From: a virus
IMG/VR virus record: IMGVR_UViG_3300021961_000020
Length of the DNA: 64,000 nucleotides
Direction: 5' to 3' (one strand)
Under the pieces are notes generated by a model. It ran no database searches and had not been told where the DNA came from. It saw only the letters and a program-made list of their open reading frames with translations. Shown piece after piece: positions 1-10,617 of this stretch (the stretch's first letter is position 1; each line of letters opens with the position of its first letter). Position numbers and translations under genes: made by a program.

Positions 1-265
1 TAGCGAGCACCCCAGGAAAGACAGACGCGATGAAAGTCGGGTCAAGTTTCTGCTCGGGGATGCCAAGTGCGGGCGGCAACTTAATGTAAGCAAGGGTAAG
101 AATGCCACCAGACCAAATGAGGATGCCAAGACGCACGAAAGTGCTAAGGATGGCAAGGTGTTCCTCGCTGTCCCCAGCAGCACTTTTAAGCTTCCCGAAG
201 AGACCAGGCTTCTTTTCTACCTGTTTTTCCTCCTCTTTGGGAGATTCTTTGATTTCTTCTGCCAC
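1..265 (-). CDS. Conserved cyanophage small membrane protein (partial, runs off window)
   Basis: Translated by hand from GTG at 265: MAEEIKESPKEEEK...LAILSTFVRLGILIWSGGILTLAYI...KLDPTFIASVFPGVLA. It has hydrophobic helices and follows gp16, as is usual in cyanomyophages. Confidence 0.7.
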   Translation of the reverse strand, partial: MAEEIKESPKEEEKQVEKKPGLFGKLKSAAGDSEEHLAILSTFVRLGILIWSGGILTLAYIKLPPALGIPEQKLDPTFIASVFPGVLA

Positions 266-286
266 GATTTATATGACAAGGCTCTT

Positions 287-697
287 CTATTTATTTTTTG
301 ACATCTGTTTAAGCATCTTTTGAAGTTCAGCAGTGCTTCCTACAAACATCGCATTGTTTGTTACATTAGTCGGACCTTTACTCTCTTCGTTTACTTCTTT
401 AAGATCCTTCTGTAACTTCAAAAGTTTATCCGTAGTATCTGCAACGCTTTTTAAAAGTTGACCAGCAACTTCATATGCTCTAGGAGATTGAGTTTCCTCT
501 GCCAACTCCATAATACCATTAAGAGTTTCTTGACCCTTTTCAATCAATGAATATAAATTTGCTCTTGTATATTCGTAGTCTTTTGTAATGTCTTCGATTG
601 CTTTGGATTTTGGTTTCTCCTCTTTTACTGGAGTCACTTCAACAACTTCGCTAGTAGTGTTTAATGCCTCATCTATTTTGCTGAAGTCTTTCTTCAT
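287..697 (-). CDS. gp16: Terminase small subunit (T4 gp16-like)
   Basis: DYEYTRANLYSLIEKGQE...SPRAYEVAGQLLKSVADTTDKLL...TNNAMFVGSTAELQK; position directly after gp15. Confidence 0.9.
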   Translation of the reverse strand: MKKDFSKIDEALNTTSEVVEVTPVKEEKPKSKAIEDITKDYEYTRANLYSLIEKGQETLNGIMELAEETQSPRAYEVAGQLLKSVADTTDKLLKLQKDLKEVNEESKGPTNVTNNAMFVGSTAELQKMLKQMSKNK

Positions 698-1494
698 ACA
701 TCCTCCCTTCTAGTGGGGCTGTATACCTTACCATCAGAGAAGTCTGTAAATGTTTCAGAGAATCCAAAATCATCTCCTGGTTCAGCATCAATGGGATCAG
801 GAACTGCAGTGTATCTGACCTCTCTCTTGGCAGTTGTTGTGTCGGTATCGGCGTAGTAATCGACCTGAACCTTACGAATGAGACCTTCTGTGCTCTCTGC
901 GATAGGACCAAACAGATATGTTTTCGCTACAAAACTCAATGTATAAGTAAGAACTCTTCTTGTGGAAAAATCTCCCTCATACTCATCAGTGAAACTAATA
1001 TTTTCGAGAACGACGGGAATGTCTCTTTTCTCTCCAATACTATCGATCAAGTCAATAGTAACATTGAATGATGGTTGAAAGAATGGAAGAATTTGCTCAA
1101 TAATTTGGAGAGCGTCGTCATTCAACTTACACATAATATTGAGTTCAAATCCCACATTATATGGAACTGGAAGGAATACCTTCTTTACATTCCCACCATT
1201 GTCTACTGCCTTAAAGGACTTTGTTATTGATGTTTTTCTAGATCCATCATATGCCAGAGAACTCATTTCGAATGACATTCTCGGCAGAGAAATTGCAGTT
1301 GGTTTATTCAGGTCTTGCTGCTGCTCCAACTTTGCAAGAAACTTGGACCTAGGTCCATATGCAAGAGGAACTTTTAAATCACTAATTGTCGCACCAGCTT
1401 TGTTTTCTTTTTGGATATGAATATCATTAAACAGTGTACCAAAAGCAACAACTGTTTTGCGGAGAATTTCGTGATAAAAGTATGTGCCTAACAT
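694..1494 (-). CDS. gp15: Tail sheath stabilizer / tail completion protein (T4 gp15-like)
   Basis: MLGTYFYHEILRKTVVAFGTLFNDI...KVPLAYGP...LPRMSFE...PVPYN; gp13-14-15-16 synteny. Confidence 0.93.
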   Translation of the reverse strand: MLGTYFYHEILRKTVVAFGTLFNDIHIQKENKAGATISDLKVPLAYGPRSKFLAKLEQQQDLNKPTAISLPRMSFEMSSLAYDGSRKTSITKSFKAVDNGGNVKKVFLPVPYNVGFELNIMCKLNDDALQIIEQILPFFQPSFNVTIDLIDSIGEKRDIPVVLENISFTDEYEGDFSTRRVLTYTLSFVAKTYLFGPIAESTEGLIRKVQVDYYADTDTTTAKREVRYTAVPDPIDAEPGDDFGFSETFTDFSDGKVYSPTRREDV

Positions 1495-2924
1495 CAGAAG
1501 TTACCAAATGGATTAATTTCAGTGAAATCAAGAATATCGTCTGCTGCGATTTCTATTTCATCATTGAGCGTATATGGACTTGTAGTATCAATTCCAGTGT
1601 GTCTTAATACTTGATATCTGGCAGAAGATGCAGTTCCAGTAATAAACTCGCCAGGAGTAAATACTCCATTATTTATTGCAATTTCTAACTTTCTATCAGT
1701 TTCATTGAACGACTTAACATATCCTTCAGTTCCAGAGAGTGATCCAACAACTCTTTCGTTGAAGAAGAATGTTCCTATGCCAAGAGACAAAGGACTTCCA
1801 ATTGTAATGGTAGGAGTTGCTTCGTATCCAGATCCTGCATTTGTAAGATAGATTCTATTGATTTTATCGCCGCTGAGAGTTGCAACAGCAGTTGCTTGAA
1901 CTTGACCTGCTTTGATACCAACTACAGCACCAGTTGTTCCAATACCAACATCGGCAGGATGTTGAATGGTAATAACGGGAGGAGTTACATAGTTATTTCC
2001 AAGGTCTGTAATACGAATGGAAGTAATACCACTATTAGTAAGAGAAGCAGTAGCAGCAGCACCTGCTCCAGGACCGCCAAAAACAATCGCGGGTGGTATA
2101 GTGTATGCAAAACCAGGGTTGGTTAGTACGACTTGATCAATAGAATAGAGACCTGATCTTTCCGTGGTGAATGCAAAGGCAGTCGCTCTGGACGAAGTAA
2201 CACCAGCAGGAGAGGGTGCGATTGTGATATCGGGTGTGGAAGTAAAACCATATCCATCGTCGTTAAGGAAAATTCGTTGTAAAGCACCTTGGCTGGCAAA
2301 TGAATCAACAACAGCAATTGCGGTAGATCCAATACCCGCCAAAACAACGGTAGTGAGTTCTCCCTCTGTTGTGACTCTTTCGTCGATAAAGTCTACATTT
2401 GTATCGACATACTCATCTTCATAGCGGAAGAGTTCGCACTGAAGTTCATAGATATAGTTCTTTCCTAATTGATAGAAAGGATTCTCATGCTCTACATGTT
2501 TGATTTCGAATATTCTTTCACCCAATGGGAAATATATTAAGTCACCTTCTTTAGGTCTTTCTCCAAATACAATGTCAGTTCCAGCATTTCTGGCATCATG
2601 AGATACCACAAACGGAGCAATGAAGTCTTCGTATCTTTCTCTAGAAACAGTCAGTGTAATTTCATTTTGCAAGTTAATGCCAAACTTGCTCATGATATCA
2701 CTACCTTTTGCATATCCTTCGTAGTTGTTCAGATATGCTTCTAAAATATATGCATCTGTAAACTTAGACGATTGTACTTCTCCAAGCACATCGTCAGTAA
2801 CAATTAATTTTCTTGGGATGTAATATACATCCACCCCAAACATCCTCAGATGTTCGTCAATAAGCTGCTGAATGAGATTCTGCTCATTCGGAGATCCTTG
2901 GAGAAAGAAAGGATTTAAAGCCAT
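1494..2924 (-). CDS. gp14: Neck protein (T4 gp14-like) with a Gly/Thr-rich beta insertion
   Basis: LNPFFLQGS..EQNLIQQLIDEHLRMFGVDVYYIPR...PKEGDLIYFPL...FYQLGKNYIYELQCELF...DFTEINPFG. Confidence 0.92.
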   Translation of the reverse strand: MALNPFFLQGSPNEQNLIQQLIDEHLRMFGVDVYYIPRKLIVTDDVLGEVQSSKFTDAYILEAYLNNYEGYAKGSDIMSKFGINLQNEITLTVSRERYEDFIAPFVVSHDARNAGTDIVFGERPKEGDLIYFPLGERIFEIKHVEHENPFYQLGKNYIYELQCELFRYEDEYVDTNVDFIDERVTTEGELTTVVLAGIGSTAIAVVDSFASQGALQRIFLNDDGYGFTSTPDITIAPSPAGVTSSRATAFAFTTERSGLYSIDQVVLTNPGFAYTIPPAIVFGGPGAGAAATASLTNSGITSIRITDLGNNYVTPPVITIQHPADVGIGTTGAVVGIKAGQVQATAVATLSGDKINRIYLTNAGSGYEATPTITIGSPLSLGIGTFFFNERVVGSLSGTEGYVKSFNETDRKLEIAINNGVFTPGEFITGTASSARYQVLRHTGIDTTSPYTLNDEIEIAADDILDFTEINPFGNF

Positions 2925-3745
2925 TATCCAATAAGATCAAGGGGCGGGGTTTCGTATGTTGATAACATTTTGTCTTCAATACGCTGTAACTCCATTACAG
3001 CATCTTCATAAATTTGTCTGCCGTTTAATTCAACTCCACCAGGAAGTTTGACTCCTTGGAACTTGATCAAGTTCTGACCCCACTGCTTCTTAACTAAAGA
3101 AGTGAAGTACTTTTTCAAGAAAGAATCGTTGTAAACTCCAGCATAGTTTGCTGGATCCATAATTCTTTGGCAGTCAATAATTATGTAGGTGTCTTCTTTA
3201 GTTGATCCCCAGTCAATATCTAAGTAAAGTCTATTATTTCTTTTGTTATATCTAATTTGCTTATTTGTGGAAAGTAAGAAATCAATATCTTCGAGATATG
3301 TCTTTGTCATTGCATAACTCAAGAGTCCATCATATCCCAAGTTGAATGCAATGTCGTTCAGGAACATTTGATACTTGTAACTGAACATGTTATTTGAAAC
3401 ATGACTAGAGTCAAAGATAAAGACTCTTTCCACACCCAAAACTGCATCAGGCACAACTAAGAAGTTTGAGTTCTCTTCAAAGTCTCCAGATGATGTAGTA
3501 GAAGTAACGATACCAAGAGATTCTTGATTGCCTCTTGCTCTGCCTCTTTTGATGTCATCTGCAGTAACTTTGTACTTTAGATAGAGTCTTTCTACACCAT
3601 CAAAGTGACGCTCTTGGAAAAGTTGAAGAGCGTCATCTAGTGCATCGTCTACCTGTTCATCTGCGACATTTATCTCCAAGACAGGATACCCAAGTTGCCT
3701 CAGAGCATAATCCTTGAGTTCCTGTCTTGTAGTTGGCTTAGCCAT
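2924..3745 (-). CDS. gp13: Neck protein (T4 gp13-like)
   Basis: KPTTRQELKDYALRQLGYPVLEINVADEQ...KKQWGQNLIKFQGVKLPGGVELNGRQIY. Confidence 0.95.
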   Translation of the reverse strand: MAKPTTRQELKDYALRQLGYPVLEINVADEQVDDALDDALQLFQERHFDGVERLYLKYKVTADDIKRGRARGNQESLGIVTSTTSSGDFEENSNFLVVPDAVLGVERVFIFDSSHVSNNMFSYKYQMFLNDIAFNLGYDGLLSYAMTKTYLEDIDFLLSTNKQIRYNKRNNRLYLDIDWGSTKEDTYIIIDCQRIMDPANYAGVYNDSFLKKYFTSLVKKQWGQNLIKFQGVKLPGGVELNGRQIYEDAVMELQRIEDKMLSTYETPPLDLIG

Positions 3746-6700
3746 CAGAATGTACCCCCGTCGATAGAATCAGTCCAGATTGGGATGTTATTTTCGTCGG
3801 TTGTCAAGATGTAGTTGGAGGTTGTGAGGAATCCAACCGTGCTCAGACCACTGACGATCCTTCCATCATTTTCAAAGTAAGCAACACCATTAGGTCCGCT
3901 ATATCCAATACCGTTGATTCCATTCTGATCAGATCTGTAGTAGATACCGTCACGGAATGTACCGTAACCGATTACGCTCAGATCATCTTGGACAGTTACC
4001 TGACCAGCAGCAGAATCAAGGACCAGTTCACCGCTAAGGGTATTTATTTTGGTGGAAGAAGAACCAGCACCGATTGTAATGTTGGCGATCGTAGATACGC
4101 CAGTTACTTTCAGATTGTTAGTGGTTGTTACCCCAGAGATAAACAGGTTACGACCGTTGACCTCATCGTATCTAACATCCCCGACAATATTCAAATTGCC
4201 AGCAATATAAACATCGGTGTTGAAGGTGGCAATACCAACAACTGTCAGTCCAAGACCAATTACAGTATCGCTAGCAACATTTAACTTACCAGTTTGCAGT
4301 TCGCCAGAGACGCTAGCACCAATTGCCGTTGTCTCAAATCTCTTACCATTATCAAAGTTCAGTTGAACTTTGCCATCAGCAGTGAAGTTAGCGAGAGTCT
4401 CGCCAGTGTACTTCTGAAGTTCTACCTGATTGGAACGGATAGCAAGGGTTCCTGTGCCAGCATCATCGATGTAAGAGTTAAATCCATCGTGGTAGATTTG
4501 CAGATCATCGCCATCACCAAAGTTTGCCTTGACTCCATCCTTGTAGGTAACGATTCCAGTGAATACTGCATTGGTTACGGCAACACCTGTAATCTTGGCA
4601 TCAAAGGCATCGAGTGCCTCTGTATCGATTGTGGTGATGGTAGCAGCAGTACCAACGGTATCTGTTACTGCAAGACCAGTGATGTTTACATCACGAGCAT
4701 CTAAGGTCTCAATATCAACTGTAGTGATGGTAGCATAAGTACCAACCAGAGAAGTTACGAGACCAGTTACTACTCTAAGATTTTCAACGGTAAGAGTTGA
4801 CTCAAATTCAGAATCTCCAGTTACGGTCAGACCAGCACCAACGGTGAGGTTGGATGTGAAGGTAGCAACACCAGTGATCTTGAGATCTTCCAGCAGGGTA
4901 GATCCGAGAACATCGAGTCTTGCTCTTGGAGATGCAGTAGCGATACCCAGTAACTGACCAGGATCAAGACGCATACCCTCAACACCGTCAGTGTTGAAGC
5001 GGATAGTGCCGTCAGAACCAGAGTCATCGAGAGCAATGGAGGTGTCGCCCTTCTGGAAGGCATCCAACTGGATGACCGTAGCGGTCAGGATACCCAGGAC
5101 ATTGACATCGCCAGTGATGTTAATCGAACCAGCACCAGCAGGGTCGATGTTGATATCACCAGTGGTGGATTCGATGTTGTTTCCAGAGATCTGGATGTTA
5201 CCGAATGTGCCGCTGGTAGGAGTGATCGTGCTGCTGTCTACGCCATCAGTGATCTGGAGGGAAGACAGTGCTTGCAGACTGGTTACCTGCTGCGAGAATG
5301 CAACAGTACCAGACTCCTGATCGACATAGAAGGCATCGCCAACTCTGAAGTCACCCTTATGGTCGATGCTGACATAGGAGACATCGCCGTTGTTAACCTC
5401 AGTAACTTCGTTTGCCTGAATTGCAAGGTTAGGATCGTTGGAGAAGTCTCCGCCAGCACCAACATGGTTGAAGTTCAGAGCAAAGAGTCTCAAGGTTACG
5501 CCATCACCATCAGCAATGACACCCTTTTGACCATACTCAACAGCACATCCGACCGAACGCATGTCGGCACCGAATTCGCTGTAGTCGGCAAGGATAACCT
5601 TAGTAGCAGTTCCGATGCCACCACCCGCTTGAGTGATGCGAACATCTTGATATCTGATTACATCATCAGTTGTGGTTTGGATACCAGCAGATCCATCAAA
5701 GTGGAGGAGGAGTGCAGTATCCTTATCACCGAGCAACGCAGCGGTAGGAGCAGTAAATGCACCAGTGTACTTAGCGACTCCGTATTCGACTCTAACTTCG
5801 TCGATATAACCAGCAAGAGAGTTGCTAGTACCATCGAAGTCAGCACCGATTACAAGACCCTTAGAAGCACCATAATCGGTCGTATCGGATCCCTTAGTAC
5901 CTACTACAGCACCGTCAACAAACAGTCTGGTATCTGTTCCGCTTCTGGTTAAGGCAACATGATACCATGTTCCTGTGGAAATACCAGCACCAGAACCTTC
6001 GATAGCGGTTGTTGTACCAACACGCATATCGACTTCGCCAGCAGCACGGAAGGCAATGCTGATACCTCCAGCATCTGTTCCATTATCTCTGAAGTCAAGC
6101 AGAGTTGCAGAAGAAAGACCTGCTTGATAAGAGTTGACGAAGAATTCAACGGTGAAGTCGGTGTCAGTACCAAAACCGAGTGTGCCGCTAGAAGGGACGC
6201 TGACAGAATCATTAGTTCCATCAAGTTCAAGAGAAGCAGTACCAAACTTCTTAACAGTTGTGCTCAGTTGAGCATTACCATTAAATGTTACAGACTTAGC
6301 AGATCTGGCAGTAAGAACTTCGAATCCAGTCTGCTTGCCAGTTACATCGATGTAGGTGCCATCGTAGTTAGCAACAACAGCAGTAGCAAGACCAGTTACT
6401 CCATCGGTATCGTAGTAGGTGATAGTATCACCAACGCCCAGCGTGGTAATACCAGTCATTCTCAGTCTGGTTTCACCAGTAGAGGACAGACCGACAGATC
6501 CAGATACACCCTTAACAGCTTCGCTGGCAAAGTAGGTGAAACAGTTCAGGTACTCAATACGAGCACCGTTGGTCATTTCGAGACCCTTACCGCCAGGAAC
6601 GATGAAGGTACATTCGTTGAACAGGAAACCTGCCTCTAAGGACCCAGAAGCGACTTCCGAACCATCAACATAGGCACCACCACCCGAGATGTAAGAAGAC

Positions 6701-9700
6701 GGCGGAGAGTCCGCAGAACCGTATCCATAGGGATCGGTAGCAGTGATGTTGCTACCCTTGTTGAAGACGGTTACACGCTGGACATAAGGTGATCTGGTTG
6801 TGATCGCAATGCCAGGAGCATAACGGAACGCCCAACCTTGGTTACCAGCGGTATCGAAGTACTGACCAGCAACGGTGACATCTTCGACAACCGTTCTGTC
6901 GTTCATCAAGAATGCGTCCTTCTGCCTTGTGGCAAGAGAAGGCATAATCTTGGTAGCACGGAGACCAGCACCCTTGACCGTTACACCAGCAGGGATGGTC
7001 AGTGGGAAGGTTTCCTCATAAACGCCAGCATCAATGTTCAGAACCTCATTGACGCCAACCCCTGTCATTTGCTGCAGGGCATACTTAATCGTTCTGTAGG
7101 GTCTCTCAGGAGTTCTACCACGAGAGGCATCACCGTCATCAACACCATTCAGAGAGACATACCATGTGTCAGTTCTCTGGTTAATTGTAGCAATACCAAT
7201 CTGAGCAGGTTCGCGCCAGGTGATCGTGCCACCAGGATCAGTGCTCAGGATGTGCTGAGTATTAACACCGACAACTCCAGTGGAGTCATACAGCGAGGTG
7301 ATGAAACCAGAAGTGATGAACGCAGAGGTAGCGATACCAACCTGAGTTACCAGATTAGTGATAGCGAAGTCTGTGGCAAGACCAGCAGTGATCTTCGCAT
7401 CTTCAATATCCGCATTTACAAAGTCAACGGTTACGATAGTTGCAGCAGTGCCAACTACATCGGTAACAGCAAGACCAGTGATGTTTACATCACGAGCATC
7501 CAGGGTCTCAATATCTACTACTGTAATAGTAGCGTATGTGCCAACTTGAGATGTGATGATACCAGCGGTGATCTTCGCATCCAGTGCATCAAATACTTCG
7601 GTATCAAGAGTGGTGATAGTTGCAACACCACTAGTGATCAGATTTTGGATAGTACCAATTCCAGAGATGTTGATGTTTCTACCAACAACCTCGTCGTATT
7701 GAACATCACCGATGATATTCAGATTACCAGCGATGTAAACATCACTTTGGAATGTAGCAATTCCAGTTACTGTAGAAGCACCAGATACTTGAATATCGGT
7801 AACTGCTAAACCAGTAATATTGACATTACGAGCATCAAGAGTCTCGGTATCAAATACCGTGATCGTGGCATATGTACCAACGATACTTGTTACAACACCA
7901 GCAGTAATCTTAGCGTTTACAATGTCACCTTCGGTGGCATCGATTGTGGTGATTGTAGCGGCAGTACCGACGATATCCGTAACCGCCAGACCAGTGATGT
8001 TTACATCACGGGCATCGAGAGTCTCGATATCAACGGTTGTGATTGTGGCATAGGTGCCAACCTGAGATGTGATAATGCCTGCGGTGATCTTGACATCTCT
8101 GGCATCGAGAGTTTCAATGTCAACTGTAGTGATAGTCGCATAGGTGCCTACCTGACTGGTGATAATACCAGCAGTAATCTTGGCATCAATGATATCAGCA
8201 GCATCAAGGTGTGCAGTGCCGTCGATGTAGATATCTTTCCACTGACGATCGGTAGTACCGAGGTCAAGAACATTATCTTGATTAGGAATGAATCTAAGAT
8301 TAGACTCCCATGCTTGTCTCGGGAAGTCATACAGGAAGGTCTTATCACTCGTTCCCTTAAGAATAATACCACCGTTATCGGCTGCAGCATCAGAAGCAGG
8401 AGTTCCAGAAGTAATACCAATTTCAATGTTTTTGTCAGTTACTTGCAGAACCTGACTCTGAACAAAAGTGGTATTACCATTAACAGTCAGATCACCGACG
8501 ACTGTGAGAGCGCCGCCAACACGAACATCATCTTGGAAGTCCGCAACTTGGAAGGTTACATATGTACCAACCAAACTGGTGACAAGTCCAGTAGTAACCT
8601 TAAGGTCTACCGCGTCAAGATTATTGAAATCTGCGGTATTGTAGGTAATGCCATAACCAGTGATAGAGGTTACGACACCAGCAACAACCTTAATTGTATT
8701 GATATCGCCTTCGTTAGAATCGAAGGTTGTGATAGTCGCATATGTACCTACAAGGGATGTTACGAATCCAGTCGTAACTTTAATATCCTTGAGGTCTGCT
8801 GTCTCCGTATCAAATACGGTGATAGTAGCGTAGGTGCCTACCTGACTGGTAATAATACCAGCAGTGATCTTCGCTGCTTCGATATCTGCATTTACGAAAT
8901 CTACATTCGTAATAGTTGCAGCAGTACCGACGGTATCCGTGATGATACCAGACTGAATCTTAGCGTAAGTGATTGCAAAGTCAGTTGCCAAACCAGCAGT
9001 GACCTTGATATCCTCAACACCAATATCGTTGGCATCGATTTGAGGAACAGATGTTACGCCAGCGATTACTGTGTTACCAGTTCCCTTATCAACAATTACT
9101 ACACCACCGACATCGAGCAATCCGAAGGGTCGTGTGGTGCCGATACCGACATAACCAAGTTGGTTACCGTCGATCCAGTTGATATTCTGGTTACCAATTA
9201 CAAGTTGATTGTCACTATCTCCGATAGCAACATTTCTCTCATAACCGATAATAACATTGCCACTGCCATAAGTTTCGTTACCAGCAGAATAACCAATGGC
9301 AATGTTCTTGCTACCGTCCACTCTATACAGAGTATAAGGACCGATAGCAATGTTTCTTTGCTGTTGTCTAGATCCAGTACCACCACTCAGGAAGGTTCCG
9401 TTCTTGCTCGTTACAGAACCTGTAAGGGTCTGGAATCCGAAAGGCATGGTGAATGTATCACCAACCTCATAACCATCACCAGGAGCGATGATTTCAATAT
9501 TTGTAACAAGACCTGTAGGACCAGTCTGAAGTCTAACTAACAGACCCTGACCAGATCCACTAGTCTCTGTTACATCTTCAGTTTGGTCGTAGTTAGCAAG
9601 AGCAGTTTGATCGCCAACATTAATGCTTAGACTTACCGCATCAACAACGGGGAAAGTCTCACCGTACATTGCCTGGTTACCCAGAGCAATGTTCTCGTCG

Positions 9701-10617
9701 TTACCACTAGAAGATAAGGCAAAACCTACCTTATCACCGATCATCAGGTTCTTAGTACCTTGCAGTCTAAATCCTGCAAAGTTACCAATAGCAATATTAG
9801 ATTCTAATTCATCAAAGCTGGAAAGAATACCAGCATATTGCATTGCGCTGGCACCAATCGCAATATTGCGACGGTTGAGGACGGTTTGTCCCATGCCAGC
9901 AGCGGCATAGTCACCGATGAAGATCGATCCATCAGCACTGCTAAGACCTACAGCAGTATCACGACCAATCTTGATAATGTCATTGGCAAAGGTAACTTGG
10001 TTACTAAACGAACCAACACCTGTTACCTCTAGATTGTTAGCAGTGAGTGCATGTCCTACATTTACTTCATAGTAGTCAGCACTTGTACCACTCAATGTGG
10101 TTACAACACCTGTTACTGCAAACAGGTCTTCAATAATACCATTAGTAAAGGTAAAGTTTGTTGCCTCTAATGTAGCAGCAGTTGCAACACCAGTGATATT
10201 CCAATTTCTAGCATTTGCCTCATCATAAACGAGGTCGCCAGTTACATTGAGGTTACCACCTACGGTAAAGTCACTATTGACTGTACCAACACCTGCGACA
10301 TAAAAGTCGTCAATGACAGTCCACTTTGTAACTCTTGCGTCAGAGTCAAGTACAACGACTTTTGATGCTTCAGGTGTACCAAAGGAGGCAGGATTTTCTG
10401 GGAAAAGACTGGTATAATATTCACCACCGATCGGGATCGGAGATGCAGTAGGACCAGAAGGATTACCAATATATAACTTCTTGTACGACTTACCAGCACC
10501 TACATCGCTGGTATCATAAGTATAAACAAGTTCACCAAAGGATACGCCAGTACCTACAGGAGCAATGTTCGGCGGAGAAGTTCCAAGCGTTCTCTTGAGG
10601 AGGAGAGTTGCGGCCAT
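3745..10617 (-). CDS. Long tail fibre protein (2290 aa): N-terminal attachment domain, 10/30-aa repeat shaft, beta-helix-like domain with nested LamG/ConA-like domain
   Basis: N-terminal LLLKR...GELVY...KLYIG motif; repeats ITAGIITSQVGTYATITTVDIETLDARDV; LamG signature KKFGTASLELDG...DFTVEFF...WYHVALTRSG..TRLFVDG...GYIDEVRV; immediately upstream of gp13. Confidence 0.8.
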   Translation of the reverse strand: MAATLLLKRTLGTSPPNIAPVGTGVSFGELVYTYDTSDVGAGKSYKKLYIGNPSGPTASPIPIGGEYYTSLFPENPASFGTPEASKVVVLDSDARVTKWTVIDDFYVAGVGTVNSDFTVGGNLNVTGDLVYDEANARNWNITGVATAATLEATNFTFTNGIIEDLFAVTGVVTTLSGTSADYYEVNVGHALTANNLEVTGVGSFSNQVTFANDIIKIGRDTAVGLSSADGSIFIGDYAAAGMGQTVLNRRNIAIGASAMQYAGILSSFDELESNIAIGNFAGFRLQGTKNLMIGDKVGFALSSSGNDENIALGNQAMYGETFPVVDAVSLSINVGDQTALANYDQTEDVTETSGSGQGLLVRLQTGPTGLVTNIEIIAPGDGYEVGDTFTMPFGFQTLTGSVTSKNGTFLSGGTGSRQQQRNIAIGPYTLYRVDGSKNIAIGYSAGNETYGSGNVIIGYERNVAIGDSDNQLVIGNQNINWIDGNQLGYVGIGTTRPFGLLDVGGVVIVDKGTGNTVIAGVTSVPQIDANDIGVEDIKVTAGLATDFAITYAKIQSGIITDTVGTAATITNVDFVNADIEAAKITAGIITSQVGTYATITVFDTETADLKDIKVTTGFVTSLVGTYATITTFDSNEGDINTIKVVAGVVTSITGYGITYNTADFNNLDAVDLKVTTGLVTSLVGTYVTFQVADFQDDVRVGGALTVVGDLTVNGNTTFVQSQVLQVTDKNIEIGITSGTPASDAAADNGGIILKGTSDKTFLYDFPRQAWESNLRFIPNQDNVLDLGTTDRQWKDIYIDGTAHLDAADIIDAKITAGIITSQVGTYATITTVDIETLDARDVKITAGIITSQVGTYATITTVDIETLDARDVNITGLAVTDIVGTAATITTIDATEGDIVNAKITAGVVTSIVGTYATITVFDTETLDARNVNITGLAVTDIQVSGASTVTGIATFQSDVYIAGNLNIIGDVQYDEVVGRNINISGIGTIQNLITSGVATITTLDTEVFDALDAKITAGIITSQVGTYATITVVDIETLDARDVNITGLAVTDVVGTAATIVTVDFVNADIEDAKITAGLATDFAITNLVTQVGIATSAFITSGFITSLYDSTGVVGVNTQHILSTDPGGTITWREPAQIGIATINQRTDTWYVSLNGVDDGDASRGRTPERPYRTIKYALQQMTGVGVNEVLNIDAGVYEETFPLTIPAGVTVKGAGLRATKIMPSLATRQKDAFLMNDRTVVEDVTVAGQYFDTAGNQGWAFRYAPGIAITTRSPYVQRVTVFNKGSNITATDPYGYGSADSPPSSYISGGGAYVDGSEVASGSLEAGFLFNECTFIVPGGKGLEMTNGARIEYLNCFTYFASEAVKGVSGSVGLSSTGETRLRMTGITTLGVGDTITYYDTDGVTGLATAVVANYDGTYIDVTGKQTGFEVLTARSAKSVTFNGNAQLSTTVKKFGTASLELDGTNDSVSVPSSGTLGFGTDTDFTVEFFVNSYQAGLSSATLLDFRDNGTDAGGISIAFRAAGEVDMRVGTTTAIEGSGAGISTGTWYHVALTRSGTDTRLFVDGAVVGTKGSDTTDYGASKGLVIGADFDGTSNSLAGYIDEVRVEYGVAKYTGAFTAPTAALLGDKDTALLLHFDGSAGIQTTTDDVIRYQDVRITQAGGGIGTATKVILADYSEFGADMRSVGCAVEYGQKGVIADGDGVTLRLFALNFNHVGAGGDFSNDPNLAIQANEVTEVNNGDVSYVSIDHKGDFRVGDAFYVDQESGTVAFSQQVTSLQALSSLQITDGVDSSTITPTSGTFGNIQISGNNIESTTGDINIDPAGAGSINITGDVNVLGILTATVIQLDAFQKGDTSIALDDSGSDGTIRFNTDGVEGMRLDPGQLLGIATASPRARLDVLGSTLLEDLKITGVATFTSNLTVGAGLTVTGDSEFESTLTVENLRVVTGLVTSLVGTYATITTVDIETLDARDVNITGLAVTDTVGTAATITTIDTEALDAFDAKITGVAVTNAVFTGIVTYKDGVKANFGDGDDLQIYHDGFNSYIDDAGTGTLAIRSNQVELQKYTGETLANFTADGKVQLNFDNGKRFETTAIGASVSGELQTGKLNVASDTVIGLGLTVVGIATFNTDVYIAGNLNIVGDVRYDEVNGRNLFISGVTTTNNLKVTGVSTIANITIGAGSSSTKINTLSGELVLDSAAGQVTVQDDLSVIGYGTFRDGIYYRSDQNGINGIGYSGPNGVAYFENDGRIVSGLSTVGFLTTSNYILTTDENNIPIWTDSIDGGTF

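Noticed and set aside
1-30. Pro instead of the expected Thr in IASVF(P)GVLA of the partial ORF
   Set aside because: It is a single substitution at the window edge, and the expected residue is from memory only; it could be a variant or an error and cannot be evaluated.
5272-9540. Long plus-strand ORFs (e.g. 8209-9540, 443 aa; 6838-7809, 323 aa; 5272-5952; 5959-6639)
   Set aside because: They are antisense shadows of the minus-strand fibre gene, caused by its codon bias; they have no recognisable motifs or starts.
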